A stretch of DNA of 32,000 nucleotides from Pyrinomonadaceae bacterium (GTDB lineage: Bacteria; Acidobacteriota; Blastocatellia; Pyrinomonadales; Pyrinomonadaceae): NCBI GenBank assembly GCA_035557535.1, contig DATMDU010000171.1, forward strand, positions 814,622-846,621, given 5' to 3'. Made by a program: the position numbers and the translations under genes. A model generated the notes under the pieces. It was not told the DNA's origin. It saw only the letters and a program-made list of their open reading frames with translations, and did not search any database. Positions 1 to 9,083 of this stretch are shown piece after piece. The stretch's first letter is position 1, and the number at the start of each line of letters is the position of its first letter.

Positions 1-1091
1 ACTTACGGCTGCCAACACTGGCGGCCGTATCTCTTGAGTGGGAGATTTTTGACCAAAATTCTGAGAACGCTCATTTCTCTGCAGTTGAACGGCGCGAATG
101 TATCGCATCGTCGTCTTCAGATCCTTGTGGCCCATCAGCATCATTATTGTTAAAGCCTCATATCCCGCTAGCGCTAGACGCGTACAGAAAGTGGCCCGCA
201 GGTCGTGCCACCAGAGTCCTTCGATCTTCGCCATTCGACACGCTGTGTGAAAGGACCGTTTGATGTCTGTGAAGGGTTTACCTGTCTCCGGATTTCCAAA
301 CACATAATCATCAACGCCTTTCCCGCTACAAAGCGATAGCAGAATGTCACGAACTTCCGGGTTCAAAACGTCCATTGGGATTTCACGGTTCTTACGGCCT
401 TTGGTCTTTGCCGCTACGACAACGTTGCGCGAGAAATCTACTTGGTCACGACGTAGATTCAATTGCTCGCGTTTTCGTAAGCTAAGACCAAGAGCCACAG
501 TAACCATCCCTTTTAAGTGTTCCCGCTTCCCTGTTAGCACTCTCATCAGCACTGGTTCTTCCTCTGGCAACAGGTATCGGTAACGCTCATTGTCCAGTTT
601 GAACTTCTTGACCCGACTGCATGGGTTGCTTTCCGCCTTCTTAAAGGCAATCGCCAAATTGAAGAGGCGACTAAGCATCTCAAACTCTCGATTCACCGAA
701 GCGTGAGCCCGAGGTGTGCCATTCTTGGTCGGTGTCTTAATCCGCTCATGCTTGAACTTCTCAATCAGAAAAGGATTGATCTCACACAACGCCTTCCCTT
801 TGAAGTAGTCCTTGAGAACCGCAGCGTAAATCGCATCCCCTTTCCATGAGCGTTTATTGGCTTTGGCCCAGGGCATGTAAATCTCGTCAATAAACTTGTC
901 GAGTTTTATGGTGCCGGATTGAACCAAACCAAACGACCTTCAAAGACCTCCTGCTTGATCTTCGCCTCCGCTTGTTCTGCTTGCCACTTTGTGCGGGCCT
1001 CAGGGAACGATCCCCTGTACCGCACGCCCCGCACGCGAAAGTCGTAAATCCAATGCGTGCCCTTCCCACCTCGTTTGTTGTAAACAGCCAT
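1..1091 (-). pseudogene. int: phage-type tyrosine recombinase/integrase; C-terminus lies beyond the window edge; apparent 1-nt frame break
   Basis: The 61-aa ORF 906..1091 (MAVYNKRGGKGTHWIYDFRVRGVRYRG...) ends at a stop at 906-908. My translation of the neighbouring minus frame from 933 to position 1 is open. It reads FGLVQSGTIKLDKFIDEIYMPWAKANKRSWK...LRKRE...WHDLRATF...LMGHKDLKTTMRYI, which gives the R/HxxR/H/Y catalytic set. The two frames meet at the A3 run 931-933. An AAGGAG RBS lies just upstream of ATG 1091. Confidence 0.8.
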
Positions 1092-1140
1092 TCTTTCTCC
1101 TTAGAGGTTGCAGCCACCAAAGAGAATGCCCGAATGGTCT

Positions 1141-1213
1141 CAGCCTGATGAAAGATAGCCGCTATCGTCACCCATTCTATTGGGCTGGTTTCATCATGGT
1201 TGGAAAGACGTGA
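1141..1213 (+). pseudogene. 3' remnant of a CHAT-domain protein gene
   Basis: The tail of ORF 989..1213 reads LSLMKDSRYRHPFYWAGFIMVGKT*. This matches the characteristic C-terminal HPyYWAaF(v/i)L(v)G motif of CHAT-domain proteins. No upstream CHAT body is present; the integrase start lies about 50 nt to the left. Confidence 0.45.
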
Positions 1214-1485
1214 CGGTCGGCGTGGTGGACACCGAAGTTACTCATCTCCGGACCGATGGCAATCGGGCGATTGCGGGCTGGCGCACAACGATTGGCACCA
1301 AAGAGAACCAGGGTTTTGATGTCGCGGGCTCACATCTGTTCACATTTCAGAATGGTAAGATCAAGAGCCTGCGGGTTTCGATATCGCCCAAACCCGATCA
1401 GAGTCATCTAGAAAGCTTGCGGATGGCCGATCTCTCGGTGGCGGATGTTGGAAGACTCTCGTTGGCAGCGTGGCCAGTTGTCTAA
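1180..1485 (+). pseudogene. NTF2/SnoaL-like fold fragment (C-terminal beta-sheet half only)
   Basis: The ORF reads ...DVTVGVVDTEVTHLRTDGNRAIAGWRTTIGTKENQGFDVAGSHLFTFQNGKIKSLRV. This resembles the distal strands of SnoaL/ketosteroid-isomerase-like proteins. The N-terminal helices are missing, and the ORF overlaps both the CHAT remnant and the next gene. Confidence 0.35.
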
Positions 1486-1889
1486 ACAAGGCGTCAAATC
1501 AAAGCTGAGCCTGGCGCTGATCATTCTGGCAGTAAGCGATCTTCAACGGTCGCTTGGATTCTATCGCCGAGTCTTCGATTGGCAGGAAGCTGTCAACACA
1601 CCCGGCTATGTAGAATTTCAACTGCCAAATGATTTGCGCCTTGGCTTATATTTGCGCGAGGGGTTTGCCCGGAACGTCGGGCAAATGCCTTTGCTTGTGT
1701 CAGAAGCTGGATTGACCTCAACAGAAGTATTTTCAAACGGCCGATCTTGCTGGATTAATCGCGCGTCTGGAAGAAGCAGGCGCTCGCAAACTGAGTCCAC
1801 TGGCGCTTCGCGACTGGGGCGATGAAGCAGCCTACTTCGCCGATCCCGACGGCAACGTCATTGTCGCTGCGCGAACGGTATCCATTTAA
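1445..1889 (+). pseudogene. VOC / glyoxalase-bleomycin-resistance family protein, frameshifted near 1727
   Basis: Frame 1 reads KLSLALIILAVSDLQRSLGFYRRVFDW...LGLYLREGFARNVG...TSTEV and then runs into nonsense. The +1 frame from about 1728 reads YFQTADLAGLIARLEEAGARKLSPLALRDWGDEAAYFADPDGNVIVAARTVSI*, a typical VOC C-terminal half ending at TAA 1887-1889. Confidence 0.7.
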
Positions 1890-2160
1890 AAGTCCTGAAT
1901 CCCTGTTCTCACCAACCTGTTGATGAAAGATAACCACTATCGGCACCCCTGGTTTTGTCTTTTTCGACCTGAAACAACTGAGCCAGTCAGAGATACAAAA
2001 ACTCTGGCAACCAGTTGAAAACACACCTTCCCTCCTCCGCTTTGTGATCGCAGTCTCAGCCGGATATAACCACGAGTAACGGGACGGGCCGCTCCCCGAG
2101 AGCTTGCAGGCTCCTCCTACGGGCGTTGCCGTTCATGAGGCTGTGACGCCCACCTTTCTC

Positions 2161-2183
2161 TATAATGACCCTCCGAATATAAT
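2161..2183 (+). promoter_or_regulatory. two perfect TATAAT hexamers (2161-2166, 2178-2183) upstream of the EBP gene; candidate sigma-70 -10 elements
   Basis: The hexamers are seen directly, 39-56 nt upstream of ATG 2222. I could not find a convincing -35 box. Confidence 0.3.
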
Positions 2184-2221
2184 AAAAGAGACCTGCCGCG
2201 ACCTATGATCTTCAAGCTGGG

Positions 2222-3676
2222 ATGGGGGCTTGGTTTCCGCTGAACAACGCCAACGAGAAAATACTTGTAGTCGATGACGACCAGGCAATTCGCTGGACGC
2301 TAAGCGAAGCTTTGCGAAGTTGGAGCTTCGTGCCTGTTGAAGCTGGGACGGTCGCTGATGCACTGGCTCAATTCCACGGAGAATCGCCAGCTGCCGTCCT
2401 GCTGGATATCGATCTCCCCGATGGCTCTGGGCTGGATGTGTTACGCCAGATAAAGCAGGAGCGACCGGAGTCGATTGTTATTATGATCACTGGCAATGTG
2501 CAGGTTGAAAACACTATCTCTGCCCTTCGTGGTGGTGCTTACGATTTCATTAGCAAGCCTATAAGCCTGGAGGAACTTCGCGTCACCATCCGTAACGGAA
2601 TCGAAGCTCGTCACTTGCGGCGTGAAGTGGACCAAGTAAGAAAGGAACGAGCCAGAGAGTTTAACTTCCGGCAGATTGTAGGTGAGTCTCCAGCGATGAA
2701 GAAGATGCTTGGGCTCGCTGCCAAAGTGGCGGAGAGTGAAGTGTCTTCGGTCCTGCTGCAAGGCGAGTCAGGCACAGGCAAAGATTTAGTTGCAAAAGCT
2801 ATTCACTATGGATCGCAGCGGGCCGACAGCCCCTTTATCGCGATCAACTGCGCCGCGCTTCCTGCAACACTTATCGAATCCGAACTGTTTGGCTACGAAA
2901 AGGGAGCCTTCACTGATGCGAAGGCGCGCAAGGAAGGTCTATTCGAGCAGGCCCAAGGAGGCACGCTTTTACTGGATGAGATCGGTGAGCTTGAACTAGC
3001 TCTGCAGGCGAAACTACTGCGTGTGCTGGAGGAAGGAACGTTCAGACGTGTAGGCGGCTTAAAAGACATTCCGCTTGATGTGCGCGTACTAGCCGCATCC
3101 AATCGGGATCTAAAAAGTGAAAGCGAGGCGGGTCGTTTTCGTCTCGACCTTTACTATCGTCTCTCAATAATCCAGATAGACATTCCGCCTCTTCGTGAAC
3201 GAGGCGACGATGTCTTGTTACTATCTCAGCACTACATCGAGACGATCGGATCGCGACTTCGCAAGAATAACAAAATCACCAGTCTGTCGCCGGAAGTAGT
3301 AACCGTGTTTCGAAGGTATGACTGGCCGGGCAACGTCCGTGAACTACGCAATGTTATCGAACGCACCTTAATCCTCGAAGACCACGATACGATCACCACG
3401 GAATATTTGCCTGGAGGACTCGTGGGCGGACCGATCCGCAGTGCGGGTGCTATTTCCCATGAGAAGTTGGTTGAGCAGTTTATCCTCCCCAGCGAAGGAA
3501 TTTCTCTTGATGAAGCAGAATTGGCTTTTGTACGCCAAGCCATCGAACGCTGCGGTGGCAACCAAACAAAGGCCGCCGAATTATTAGGCATTTCGCGCGA
3601 CCAGTTGAGGTACCGACTAAAAAAGCTTGAAGAAGCACGCGGCCTCACTGCCGATTCCGGAACCACGACTTCCTAA
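2222..3676 (+). CDS. sigma-54-dependent response regulator (NtrC-family enhancer-binding protein)
   Basis: 484 aa. It has an N-terminal REC domain ([11 protein letters not shown]...DIDLPDGSG...SKP). The AAA+ sigma-54 interaction module shows [22 protein letters not shown] and LLLDEIGEL. The C-terminus carries a Fis-type HTH ([23 protein letters not shown]). Confidence 0.93.
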   Translation: MGAWFPLNNANEKILVVDDDQAIRWTLSEALRSWSFVPVEAGTVADALAQFHGESPAAVLLDIDLPDGSGLDVLRQIKQERPESIVIMITGNVQVENTISALRGGAYDFISKPISLEELRVTIRNGIEARHLRREVDQVRKERAREFNFRQIVGESPAMKKMLGLAAKVAESEVSSVLLQGESGTGKDLVAKAIHYGSQRADSPFIAINCAALPATLIESELFGYEKGAFTDAKARKEGLFEQAQGGTLLLDEIGELELALQAKLLRVLEEGTFRRVGGLKDIPLDVRVLAASNRDLKSESEAGRFRLDLYYRLSIIQIDIPPLRERGDDVLLLSQHYIETIGSRLRKNNKITSLSPEVVTVFRRYDWPGNVRELRNVIERTLILEDHDTITTEYLPGGLVGGPIRSAGAISHEKLVEQFILPSEGISLDEAELAFVRQAIERCGGNQTKAAELLGISRDQLRYRLKKLEEARGLTADSGTTTS

Positions 3677-3681
3677 TAACG

Positions 3682-5616
3682 ATGGCTGCCACTAACACTA
3701 GATCGCCGAATACGGAGCATCTTCCAGAGGAGGCGTTAGAGCGCTCGCTTAAGGAATTGGCAGACATCAAGTTTGCGCTAGACGAGTCTGCAATAGTAGC
3801 CATCACCGATCAGCGCGGGATCATTAATTATGTTAACGACAAGTTCTGCGATATCTCAAAGTACTCCCGGGAAGAGTTGCTTGGTCAGGACCACCGCATT
3901 ATCAACTCCGGCTATCATCCGAAAGAGTTCATTAGACACTTGTGGACCATGATCGCTAGTGGCCAAGTCTGGCGCGGTGAGATCAAGAACCGGGCGAAAG
4001 ACGGGAGTTACTATTGGGTCGACACAACCATCGTGCCGTTTCTCAACTCCGACGGAAAACCCTACCAGTACGTTGCGATCCGCAGTGACATAACTGAGCG
4101 GAAACGTGGCGAAGAACGAATTCGCGAGCAGGCGGCGTTACTCGATCAAGCGCAGGACGCAATACTGGTGCGTGACCTTGAGCAGAACATTTTGTTTTGG
4201 AACAAAGGAGCTGAGCGTATTTATGGCTGGAGCGCAGAGGAAGCGGTTGGCAGGAACGCAGCGGAATTACTGCTTAAAGAGCCGTCTCGCCAGTTTGAAA
4301 ATGCCCGGCAAGCCGTCATCGACAAGGGTGAGTGGAGAGGTGACATTCGCCAGCTTCGCCGCGACGGTGCCGAAATTATCGTGGAGAGTCGCTGGACGTT
4401 GGTGCGCGACGATCAAGGAGCGCCAACTTCCATACTAGTAATCAATACCGACATCACCGAGAAGAAGGGCATGGAGGCGCAGTTTCTGCGCGCTCAGAGA
4501 ATGGAATCCATTGGCACTCTCGCCGGTGGTATCGCGCATGATCTTAATAATGTGTTGTCACCGATCTTGATGGCAATCGATATGCTCCAGTTGAAAGCAA
4601 CTGACGAAGCGACCAAGAAGTGGTTGGAAGTCTTACGCACCAATGCCGAGCGCGGCGGCGACATGGTGCATCAGGTGTTGTCGTTTGCCAGGGGCGTTGA
4701 AGGCGAGCGCGTGGCATTGCAGCCGAAGCACCTAATCAAAGAGATCGTTAAGATTCTGCGCGAAACGTTGCCTAAGTCGATTGAAATCAATTTCCACCTG
4801 CCCGACGACCTATGCATCATTTCGGCCGATGCGACTCAGATGCATCAGGTGCTGATGAATCTTTGTGTCAACGCTCGCGACGCCATGCCCGAGGGTGGGT
4901 CCATCTCGATCAAAGCAGAGAACACTTTGGTCGACGAGAACTACGCTCGAATGCACATCGAGGCCAAGCCCGGCCGATTTGTTCTTATCACCGTTTCCGA
5001 TACGGGACCGGGAATGTCACCGGAAATCCAGAGCAGAATTTTCGAACCATTCTTCACCACGAAGGAGATGTCAAAAGGCACTGGCCTGGGACTCTCAACT
5101 GCGCTGACAATCGTAAAGAGTCATGGTGGCTTCATGAATGTCTATAGCGAGGTCAACAGGGGGAGTCAGTTTGCGTTGTATCTTCCGGCACTCGACGCGC
5201 CCGGAAAAACCGAAGCAGGCGCTTTCCAAGCGGATCTTCCGGTTGGTAGTGGCGAGTTGGTCTTGGTAGTGGATGACGAGGAATCAATTCGTGCGATAAC
5301 TCGCGGCACACTCGAAACGTTTGGCTACACGGTTCTAACAGCAAGTGACGGTACCGAAGCGGTGGGACTTTATGCTGATAGAAAGAACGAGATCTCGGTT
5401 GTCCTTACCGATATGATGATGCCTTTCATGGATGGACCAGCAACCATTCGCGCGTTGCAAAAGATGAATCCCACAATCAAGATCATTGCCGCCAGCGGCC
5501 TCACGGCCGGCCACAAACCAGGTGAGGGTTCCCTCGAAGGCGTCAAAGTATTTCTAAGTAAGCCCTACACGGCGGAGAAACTTCTCAAAGCTCTCGCCGA
5601 GATTCTAAAATCCTAA
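3682..5616 (+). CDS. cytoplasmic PAS-PAS hybrid sensor histidine kinase (HisKA-HATPase-REC)
   Basis: 644 aa, starting 6 nt after the EBP stop. It has two PAS domains, an H-box (GGIAHDLNNVL), an N-box (MNLCVNARDAM), DTGPGM and GTGLGLS motifs, and a C-terminal REC (LVVDDEESIR...TDMMMPFMDG...SKPY). No TM segment is seen. Confidence 0.92.
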   Translation: MAATNTRSPNTEHLPEEALERSLKELADIKFALDESAIVAITDQRGIINYVNDKFCDISKYSREELLGQDHRIINSGYHPKEFIRHLWTMIASGQVWRGEIKNRAKDGSYYWVDTTIVPFLNSDGKPYQYVAIRSDITERKRGEERIREQAALLDQAQDAILVRDLEQNILFWNKGAERIYGWSAEEAVGRNAAELLLKEPSRQFENARQAVIDKGEWRGDIRQLRRDGAEIIVESRWTLVRDDQGAPTSILVINTDITEKKGMEAQFLRAQRMESIGTLAGGIAHDLNNVLSPILMAIDMLQLKATDEATKKWLEVLRTNAERGGDMVHQVLSFARGVEGERVALQPKHLIKEIVKILRETLPKSIEINFHLPDDLCIISADATQMHQVLMNLCVNARDAMPEGGSISIKAENTLVDENYARMHIEAKPGRFVLITVSDTGPGMSPEIQSRIFEPFFTTKEMSKGTGLGLSTALTIVKSHGGFMNVYSEVNRGSQFALYLPALDAPGKTEAGAFQADLPVGSGELVLVVDDEESIRAITRGTLETFGYTVLTASDGTEAVGLYADRKNEISVVLTDMMMPFMDGPATIRALQKMNPTIKIIAASGLTAGHKPGEGSLEGVKVFLSKPYTAEKLLKALAEILKS

Positions 5617-5620
5617 GCAT

Positions 5621-5650
5621 TAAAGAAAACGAGGATGCACACAGCCTCGT
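5621..5650 (-). terminator. intrinsic terminator for the minus-strand gene 5688..6275 (the hairpin may also serve the convergent kinase gene)
   Basis: The minus strand reads ACGAGG-ctgtgtgcat-CCTCGT followed by TTTCTTT. Confidence 0.5.
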
Positions 5651-5687
5651 GTACGTCCTCGGCAAACCGGCCTCTCAGGCAAGCTAA

Positions 5688-6275
5688 TTACTCAACAGTC
5701 AGGTTGGTGTAAGTGAATACCATGTCGCCGGTGAGCGTCGTCTTTTGGCCTTTCTCTCCAGCTGTCAAGGTGCCGGTGAATGTCGCGTAACCCGTAACAC
5801 CGCTCCATGACTGGGTTCCGCCATCAATGGTTAGCACGATGTAGACGTTGGCGCTGGGGCCCGTTTTGTCCCAGATCATTTTACCCTCGGCGATGGTGCC
5901 GTAGAGCGAGCCTGCGTAGCCGCCTTTAACCTCGGTAATGTAAACCGGCAGAGTCCAGGAGCCACCCTTTAGGAAGGTGGTTTCACCCGGCACTGCGATG
6001 GCCGGCGAACAGTTCATCGACAGAGTGAACGATCCAGGGAATGCCCCTGTCGTCCGCCCCAGAAAACTGTAGCCGAATTGGGTTTCTTGTTTTTCACTGT
6101 CAAAGCCAGCGAGGCCATCGGTAACTTCGATAGCGTTGACTCTCGCGACTGACCCGATCGGTTCCGGCGGCAGCCGCAGAGCTGCGCTCCCCTTACGCTG
6201 GGCCATAACACCAGCGCCCAATCCAGACAGAAGCACGAAGACTAAGGTCAATAGAACATATTTGCTTGTTTTCAT
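5688..6275 (-). CDS. secreted hypothetical protein, beta-rich, family not recognised
   Basis: 195 aa with a signal peptide (MKTSKYVLLTLVFVLLSGLGAGVMAQ). The mature part is Gly/Thr-rich, and a terminator lies downstream. Confidence 0.6.
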   Translation of the reverse strand: MKTSKYVLLTLVFVLLSGLGAGVMAQRKGSAALRLPPEPIGSVARVNAIEVTDGLAGFDSEKQETQFGYSFLGRTTGAFPGSFTLSMNCSPAIAVPGETTFLKGGSWTLPVYITEVKGGYAGSLYGTIAEGKMIWDKTGPSANVYIVLTIDGGTQSWSGVTGYATFTGTLTAGEKGQKTTLTGDMVFTYTNLTVE

Positions 6276-6743
6276 TGGATTTTCTCCTCTTTATGATTGT
6301 TAGCGCCAGCGGTGGCCCAGCCTTACCGCAAATCTCCCGGGTATTGGAATAATGCCGAACGAACTTGCCTATCACGCAGACAGTGCGCGCTGACGGGCGA
6401 AAAATACAAAATGAGTAATGAAAGATGGTAAGCGCGAATCGCAATTGTTTCTTTTCAGGCATGCACTCAACGCTTCTTCAAAGATCGCTCAAGCCGGCCA
6501 ATCCAAACTTCCGAACTTGGCGGCTGCGCATGTGAGGCGCAATCGTTGTGCCCTGACACAATCTTAGGAAATGAGTGGTCCACCGGTGATCGATTGTCCT
6601 GGCACTGAGTACATCTACTCACGCTTGCGAAAAAGTCCTCAGCAACCGCGCTTGGCAAGCGCTCTCCTGCCCGATCTCCAACGGCACACGCGTTGCGAAC
6701 TCATCCGTTGGTGAGTTGGTCGGCCAGTTGGTTGGAGTGTGCT

Positions 6744-7166
6744 ATGACAAAAACACTAAGTAAGGCGGAAGCGGAAAACTTAATCGCTAGCGGCAGGATC
6801 GGGCGTCTCGGCTGTGTTGACAACGGCGAGCCCTACGTTGTGCCAGTCAATTACCTGTTTGAGGACGGGTCGATCTATAGCCACTCGTTGCCAGGCCGAA
6901 AGATTGATGCCATGAGGACGCATTCACGCGTCTGTCTTCAAGTAGACGAGATCGCGAGTGATTTGGTGTGGAGGAGCGTCATTGCATACGGCAACTTTGA
7001 GGAAATTCGTGTCCCGAGTGACCGGCGATCCATCTTGAGCAAGCTGCTGGTTCGTTTTCCACTGCTAACTCCAGTTGAATCGGTCATGGCGCGGGACGCG
7101 GGTGCGCCTGACAGCATCGTGTTTCGAATAATTGTCGATCGGATTACTGGCGTGGAAGAGCGTTGA
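6744..7166 (+). CDS. pyridoxamine 5'-phosphate oxidase-family (FMN-binding split-barrel) protein
   Basis: The sequence GRIGRLGCVDNGEPYVVPVNYLFEDGSIYSHSLPGRKIDAMRTHSRVCLQVDEI is typical of the family. I prefer ATG 6744 over the TTG at 6693 given in the ORF track. Confidence 0.8.
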   Translation: MTKTLSKAEAENLIASGRIGRLGCVDNGEPYVVPVNYLFEDGSIYSHSLPGRKIDAMRTHSRVCLQVDEIASDLVWRSVIAYGNFEEIRVPSDRRSILSKLLVRFPLLTPVESVMARDAGAPDSIVFRIIVDRITGVEER

Positions 7167-7188
7167 GCGAAGATCTAGAGGAGCCTGA

Positions 7189-7914
7189 GTGACCCGGATG
7201 GAGCATGAACATTCGGCAGAAGCGATTAAAGAACGGCTGGCCGCTGGACCAGCGCACAACTATCTTCGCGACTGGATCTACGGTGGGATCGATGGAACCG
7301 TCACCACCTTCGCGGTTGTGAGTGGCGTAGCCGGCGCGCAGCTCGCTCCCTGGATCATCCTGGCTCTCGGCTTTGCCAACCTGTTTGTTGACGGCTTTTC
7401 CATGGCCGCCAGTAACTTCCTTGGTACTAAAGCTGAGCAAGACGATTTGCAGCGCCTGGAGGCCATAGAGAATCGACATATTGATTTGTCGCCCGAAGGT
7501 GAACGAGAAGAAGTCAGGCAGATTTTTCAGTGAAAGGGTTTTGCCGGTCAGGATCTGGAGAGGATGGTCCAACTTGTCACGGCCGACCGTAAGCGTTGGG
7601 TTCGCACGATGCTGACGGAGGAGTATGGCCTGCCATGTGAAATACGTTCTTCGTGGATCGCGGCCATTAGCACGTTTAGCGCTTTCCTTATTTGCGGGCT
7701 TGTCCCGTTGCTTCCCTTCTTGTTCAAAGTCCCCCATGCGTTTGAAGTCTCGATCATCGTGACGGGAACTGTTTTCCTCGTAATCGGATCCGCCAAGAGT
7801 AGATGGTCCACCGCTTCGTGGTGGCGCTCAGGTCTTACGACCCTGCTTGTTGGCGCGATTGCCGCAGCGCTCGCCTACGCTGCGGGCGTGGTCTTAAAGA
7901 GTCTGCTCGCCTGA
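7189..7914 (+). pseudogene. VIT1/CCC1-family iron/manganese transporter interrupted by an in-frame TGA at 7531-7533
   Basis: ORFs 7189..7533 and 7564..7914 are in the same frame. Together they read ...GGIDGTVTTFAVVSG...SMAASNFLGTKAEQDD...[46 protein letters not shown]... followed by three TM segments. That is one contiguous VIT-family protein. An AGGAG lies 5 nt before GTG 7189. Confidence 0.8.
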
Positions 7915-7947
7915 GAAGTGTTTCGAGTTCTCACTTGGGCAAACGAG

Positions 7948-8676
7948 ATGATTCCATTCACCGCTGATCAGTTCCTCAATGTGTTCCCGCGATACAACCT
8001 TGCCGTTTGGCCGGCACAAATAGTTCTTTACGCGCTCGGAATATCCGCCATCTGCATGGCTATACGACGGAAAGCAGACCGCAGCAGGGCGTTAGCATTA
8101 TCCTCTTGATGTTCTGGATATGGATGGGGCTGGCCTATCACTGGTAGTTTTGGCACGATTAACAGGGCCGCGCTGATCTTCGCGGCTTTCTTTGTCTTGC
8201 AAGGCCTTCTCTTTTTCATCACAGGAGTTTGGAGGCAACAGCTTAGGTTTCGCTTTCACTAAATCTCCATGGAAATATTGCATCCCTTCTGTATGCACTC
8301 GTCGTCTGCCCACGCTCGGATACCTGGTTCGGGCCATCGATATCTGGCCGCGCCAACTCTTGGCCTTCCCTGCCCGTCAACGATTTTCACTTTTGGCATA
8401 TTGCTCTGGACCGATCGCCACATTCCGTTACCTCTTGGCGATACCGGTCGCATGGTCGTTCTCGGCTTCTGGGCAGCAATTTCCCTGGGAATGAAGGAGG
8501 ACTACGGGTTGTTAGGGGCGGGATTGCTGGGATCAGTTCTCATCACCTTGCGAAACAATTCCATCATACCAGCAAATCGAAACTCATCTCAGCAAATTGG
8601 TTTCAAGCGAGAAGATAAGGAAGCAATCCAACCCAGACCCTTTTTTGTGGAAGATTCGCCTCTGAAGAAAGCTTAA
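7948..8676 (+). pseudogene. conserved integral-membrane protein (I recall the family as DUF6064; name not certain) broken by about 7 frame changes
   Basis: Family-like segments appear successively in all three plus frames. They read MIPFTADQFLNVFPRYNLAVWPAQIVLYALGISAICMAIRR, SIILLMFWIWMGLAYHW, FGTINRAALIFAAFFVLQGLLFFITGVWRQQLRFRFH, GNIASLLYALVVCP, LGYLV, GHRYLAAPTLGLPCPSTIFTFGILLW, RYLLAIPVAWS and LGFWAAISLGMKEDYGLLGAGLLG. Confidence 0.6.
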
Positions 8677-9083
8677 ACTTCCTTAAGGCTTTGTAGTCGC
8701 GCCCGTATCTCATCCCGTACCCGCCTAAAGGTCGCGAAGCGTTTTTCCTCATCACCTTGCGCAGCCGCAGGGTCTTCAAAGCTCCAATGGATGCGCTCTG
8801 TCTTGCCGGGGAAGATCGGACATTGTTCGTTCGCGTTATCGCAAACCGTGATCACGTAATCAAATTCTTGTCCGGTGAACTCATCGACTGATTTTGAACG
8901 GTGGCCAGATATGTCTATGCCGACTTCGTTCATAACCTGGATTGCTTCTGGCCGTACACTGCTTGGCGCGACGCCCGCGCTCGCTACCTCAAATCCTTCG
9001 CCCGCATCGTGTCGTAACAATCCTTCGGCCATCTGACTACGCGCGGAGTTTCCGGTACAGAGTATTAGAACGCGACTTTTCAT
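8673..9083 (-). CDS. arsC: arsenate reductase, LMW-PTPase/thioredoxin-coupled type
   Basis: 136 aa. It has the P-loop CTGNSARS and the Cys pair in [10 protein letters not shown]. Its start overlaps the acr3 stop by 4 nt. Confidence 0.9.
   Translation of the reverse strand: MKSRVLILCTGNSARSQMAEGLLRHDAGEGFEVASAGVAPSSVRPEAIQVMNEVGIDISGHRSKSVDEFTGQEFDYVITVCDNANEQCPIFPGKTERIHWSFEDPAAAQGDEEKRFATFRRVRDEIRARLQSLKEV

Noticed and set aside
6467-6658. A 63-aa minus-strand ORF with CxxC and His/Cys residues (possible zinc-binding mini-protein or anti-sigma-like).
   Set aside because: It has a TTG start, no RBS and no recognisable family pattern, and the ligand spacing is irregular. It is kept only as context in a finding.
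7531-7533. The in-frame TGA in the VIT-family gene as selenocysteine or a reassigned codon.
   Set aside because: No convincing SECIS-like hairpin lies downstream; I found only a 5-bp pairing possibility. VIT transporters are not known selenoproteins. TGA terminates several well-supported genes in this window.
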